From assembly GCA_000934665.2 (NCBI GenBank), contig KZ538445.1, forward strand, positions 49,713 to 69,712: 20,000 nucleotides of DNA, read 5' to 3'. Positions 13,512-20,000 of the stretch are shown here, piece by piece (the first letter of the stretch is position 1; every line of letters starts with the position of its first letter). A program made the position numbers and the translations under genes. The stretch is from Catajapyx aquilonaris (taxonomy: Eukaryota). Under the pieces are notes generated by a model. It searched no databases and was not told where the DNA came from. It saw only the letters and a list, made by a program, of their open reading frames with translations.

Positions 13512-15025
13512 ATGCAGACATTGCGGAGAGAGATGGAGACGGATAAGGGTGAGGGGAGCGTGGTGGTGCATGTGGAGGTGAGGCTCAAAACGGCAGGGTT
13601 CAAGGCACAGCTGCAGCCCCACCTGGAGGAGATGGTGTCCCGCCTGGATGGGGTCACTTCAGGTCAGGTGGTGACCCAGTTCGAGGAAGGTCAGCTGAGG
13701 GACAACCTGGAGGAGGTCAGCTTCCACTTTGATGGGGAGGAGGAGGAGGTGCGACCTGCACATTGCCTGGTGGCGTACCACGTGTACAGGCTGGACGACA
13801 GCGGGCCTGAGCTGGAGGAGATGGACGAGGAGGGCGGCTTGGCCGCAGCCACCCACTGGGTCCTGCCCTCCAAGGAGCTCAAGGACCTCTGGAGCACGCT
13901 CATCTACGATACAGATGTCAAGGGAAAGGTAACGATCATGGAGCACCAGTTGGGCTCGGTAACCACAACTTTTGCGTAATCTGCAGCTGATTAGGTATAT
14001 GGAAACCTGCCTGCTGTTTGCAGAGAAGAAGGTGAACCAGGATATTGTGAGCAACAATCAGCTGGTGCTGTTGTATGGACCGCCAGGGACGGGGAAGACC
14101 TCGCTTTGCAAAGCGCTGGCTCAGAAGCTGACCATTCGTCTGGGCCACAAGTATGCATATGGACAGCTGATTGAGATCAACAGCCACAGCCTGTTTTCAA
14201 AGTGGTTCTCAGAGGTAGGATATTGATCGGAATTTAGCATTGTGTTAGCATCCTGTTATGATTGCAATTTTTTAAACCACCAGAGCGGAAAGCTGGTGAT
14301 GAAGATGTTCCAGAAGATCCAGGAGATCATCGATGACCCATCCGCACTGGTTTTTGTCCTGATCGACGAAGTTGAGAGTCTGACCCGCTCAAGACAGGCA
14401 TCTCTGGGCAACAACGAGCCAGCCGATTCAGTCCGTGTGGTCAATGCCCTGCTGACCCAATTAGACCAGATAAAGCGCTACCCAAATGTCCTCCTCCTGA
14501 CCACCTCCAATCTGTCCGACTGCTTGGATGCAGCCTTTGTCGACAGGGCGGACATCAAGCAGTTTATTGGACTCCCATCGCTCGGAGCGGTCTTTGAGAT
14601 ATACAAGTCATGCCTGGAAGAACTCATGGAAAGAGGAGTAGTCCAGCCTAAGGAAAGGCTTTGGAGGCTAGGCCACCTGCAGAAGGTGCAGTTTGAAGAA
14701 AGTGAAGACACCCGCAACAGCCTTGCCTTGCTGCAGATCGCAGAGTAAGACAGCTTGGCATTCTTCCCCTTTTCTCTATTACCTCTCCTTCTACTGTGTG
14801 CTTGGTTTTACTATTCAGGTGCACAGTAATGCTGTGAAATTAAATGCTAATGCCAACTATCTTTCCAGACTCAGTGTTGGCCAAAGTGCGAGGTTGCTGC
14901 GCAAAATTCCGTTCTTGGCTCACGCCAACCACGTCTCCTGCTCCACGGACACGTCGCTTCTCTTCTTTCTCAAGGCAGTTGAGAAGGTGGTGCGGGCACC
15001 AAGGGAAGACAATGCCAGCATGTGA
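13512..15025 (+). CDS. TRIP13: Pachytene checkpoint protein 2 / TRIP13 AAA+ ATPase, ~420 aa
   Basis: Exons 13512(or 13533)-13928, 13987-14214, 14284-14744, 14869-15025 (1263 nt). Motifs [21 protein letters not shown], Walker [38 protein letters not shown], Walker [45 protein letters not shown]. Confidence 0.96.
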
Positions 15026-15439
15026 CGTAAGCATGTTTTTTATGGGCTACCTAGTTCATGATTGCAGCAGAAGTTTGGACATTACCATGATAACTTGCTG
15101 TTTCAACGAATCATAAGAGGTTGAAATAAGTTACTGTGGTAATGGCCAATCATTTGCTGCAATATTGGACAGGCAGACCATAGGTAGCGTGCAAATTGCT
15201 CAATCAATTATGAAGATAAGCACTGCCAAGTGAATGTGATTACTTACAAGCCATGAACTTGAGTCAAGCGGCCAAGGTTACTGTGAAAGATTACCATTTT
15301 CCAGGTTTTAGACTATTTTTTGACAATTGCAATTTGCATTAATCATGTACCAAGTATGTTATTGATAATACATACGCTTATTGATGAACTGAAGGATGTA
15401 GCTTGTTTTTTACCATCATGTTGGTATTTTTATTGGCGA

Positions 15440-15579
15440 GTTATTTTTGGTTCAATGGGCTCCAGATACAAAATTATGACCTTTGCCTCATGACAAGCTG
15501 CAAGGCATTTTTAGCATTCCGCTTTGTCATTTATGCTCTTTTTTATGCTCACGTGCTTTGAGACTGAACCAAAAATAAC
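15440..15579. repeat. Inverted repeat (perfect 15-bp arms) between the convergent TRIP13 and MAPKAPK2 3' ends
   Basis: GTTATTTTTGGTTCA (15440-15454) and TGAACCAAAAATAAC (15565-15579), with weaker pairing outward and inward. Confidence 0.6.
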
Positions 15580-16477
15580 GATTGCTCAGCTCTTCAAAAA
15601 TACTACAAATGGCCAGTCCCATGACATGTTTTTATTTTCATATCTGATCAAAAAACGAGTTAAACATTTTAAATAGGTCTTTCATGTACTCCAATTAATA
15701 CAAACACAATTAAGGAACATACCTGACCAAAAACAATAAGGCACAATAAGCAACACTTGCACTAACAAGAACAAAAACATTCTCAGATTTCAAAACATCC
15801 CATTGCATTATACGTAGTGCATAGTCAAGTATTACTAGTAAAAATTAATTGCGGGATGTTTTAAATCTAAGGTCAACATATTTTAAACTTACAGCAGAGA
15901 AAACATCATGCAGTTTAACCGCATGAATATGTACCACACACCTTTCAAACTAGTTATAAAATTAATTGCATTGCTTGTGACAGCAACCATCAGGGGATAG
16001 GCAGCAGATACTGGACGTATCTACGTAATTGGAAGCGATCAATTTTTTAAAATTTGCAAGGCTTGCTAGACCCGAGTCACTTAGCACCGTTTAATCAAGG
16101 TCTGATTTGTGCATATACAGGATTATTTCTCACTACGGCCTAGGTTAGTCACTGTCTTAAAACCGGGCATCTCTAACCAATCGTCCTAAACCAACTACCG
16201 TTACCGAGCCATTAAAAATCCTGAAATTGGATCAAGCTACCTCCAGCCAACTGCCCCGAGATAAATCAGTTCAGTTGCCAATCAAGTTCCATCTAAAACT
16301 ACCTAAGTGTAGCTTCGAACGTTTAAAAAAAAAAGAAGAATCTAGCTCATTTGGCAACCTCCATTGGCCTGAACTCTCAGCGCTCTAAAAAGCTTCCTAT
16401 CAGCTTGTACGAAGGCTGTGAAGCCAGAAGATGATGAGACCCTTTTTCTGTATAAACAAAAAATGGAGTGTAACTGT

Positions 16478-18953
<2,476 letters not shown>

Positions 18954-20000
18954 CCCTAAAGGTCAGAGCATGTGGCCAACCTGTGATCAACTGCCACAGT
19001 TGCCAAGCATCCCTCTCCCTCCCCCCTCTCCCCTTTCCCTGGCATGCCGATATATTTCATAAGAGTGGCGAAATATCCTTGTTCTTACGCTCTCCTGATA
19101 CTCCTCTTGCTAATGAGTCCTGGTGGAGGGATGGGCAATGTGGAGTCGCCTTCCTTCTGCCTGAGGCTCCAACCCTGTGGCACTGCCAGGCACAGCAGCA
19201 AGCAGCCTACTCTTCAGCGTCCGCTCTCCTCCTTATTTTTCCCGGAAGCCATTGCTTTAGATCATGACTCACTCACGCCTCCTTTTTCCAACCGTAACCA
19301 GTCCATAATTACATGAAAAGAGGTCTGGCTGGCCGCCTGCATGGCGGGCATTTTGCATCCCCCGCCAACTCCGATAGCTGCTACTTTGGGGAAGCTGCGA
19401 TTCAGCGATAGCGGTCAACTGACTTTTCAATTGAATTTATCCGCCACACTGTTTCTTCCAGAGTTCGCCCCGGTATGGCGCTCAAAAAGGAAAATAATTG
19501 TACGCCAAAATCCTGGACGCTTTCGTCGCGAATGTGCACCGGTTGGGCGGGAAAATCCTGTGCGGTCCCGAAAATACGCACCGGTCGGGCCCGAAAAATG
19601 TTGCACGGGAAAAAGCTGTACGACAGGAAGAACTAATCCATCGTCTAGCGCCGGCCTTGCTCCCGCGCTGTTGCCAGATTGTGCGGGGATGTGGCGGGGG
19701 TGGCCGGGTTGGGGGGGNCCACGGTAGCCGCCATATTGGCTCCCCATGGGGGACGGACTTCGCTGCTATTGATAATCACCCGTTACCGGGCAATAACAGC
19801 TCCGAGAATCGCGGTAGCGCTCCCGACGACTCCTTAGTCCTTAGACGTCGTCGCTGGCAGGCAGCGCGACGGAGGGCAGGCTCGACAGTAGCACAAGTGG
19901 CCGGCCGGGATCCATTAGGGGCTAGGAGCCCATGCGGAATGCCTTTATCCGATAATTCGGCGATATGTCGTTTGCGTTTTGGACATGAGAGCGCTAGGGG

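Noticed and set aside
14811..14837. Alternative acceptor TATTCAG (14818) in TRIP13 intron 3
   Set aside because: Its use after the phase-2 donor gives a stop within six codons and loses the conserved RKIPFLAHA motif.
19341..19747. Overlapping 128-aa (+) and 106-aa (-) ORFs
   Set aside because: GC-rich, low-complexity sequence spanning an N, with no recognisable domain or splice support.

Overview
Gene-dense eukaryotic (metazoan, most likely arthropod) genomic window with many short GT-AG introns of about 58-85 nt. Six protein-coding genes can be reconstructed by hand. On the + strand: an SR-protein kinase (SRPK, 9 exons), RNA polymerase III subunit RPC11/POLR3K, the tRNA t6A enzyme YRDC/Sua5 (intronless), a RUN + Rubicon-homology protein (PLEKHM1-like) and the AAA+ ATPase TRIP13/Pch2. 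On the - strand, converging with TRIP13: MAPKAPK2. There are also two hAT-type MITEs with exact 8-bp target-site duplications (one nested inside an older foldback element, one about 60 bp upstream of the pch2 ATG) and a microsatellite/inverted-repeat, Helentron-like insertion in an SRPK intron. Most notable observations: (1) POLR3K-YRDC-PLEKHM1 form an operon-like tandem with 63- and 77-nt spacers, and the second spacer is almost entirely an apparent intron, which suggests di- or tricistronic transcripts; (2) a hidden 51-nt symmetric cassette exon in PLEKHM1 encodes a second LIR motif; (3) both kinases carry unexpected N-terminal extensions with membrane-associating character. All gene models are manual reconstructions without transcript data.
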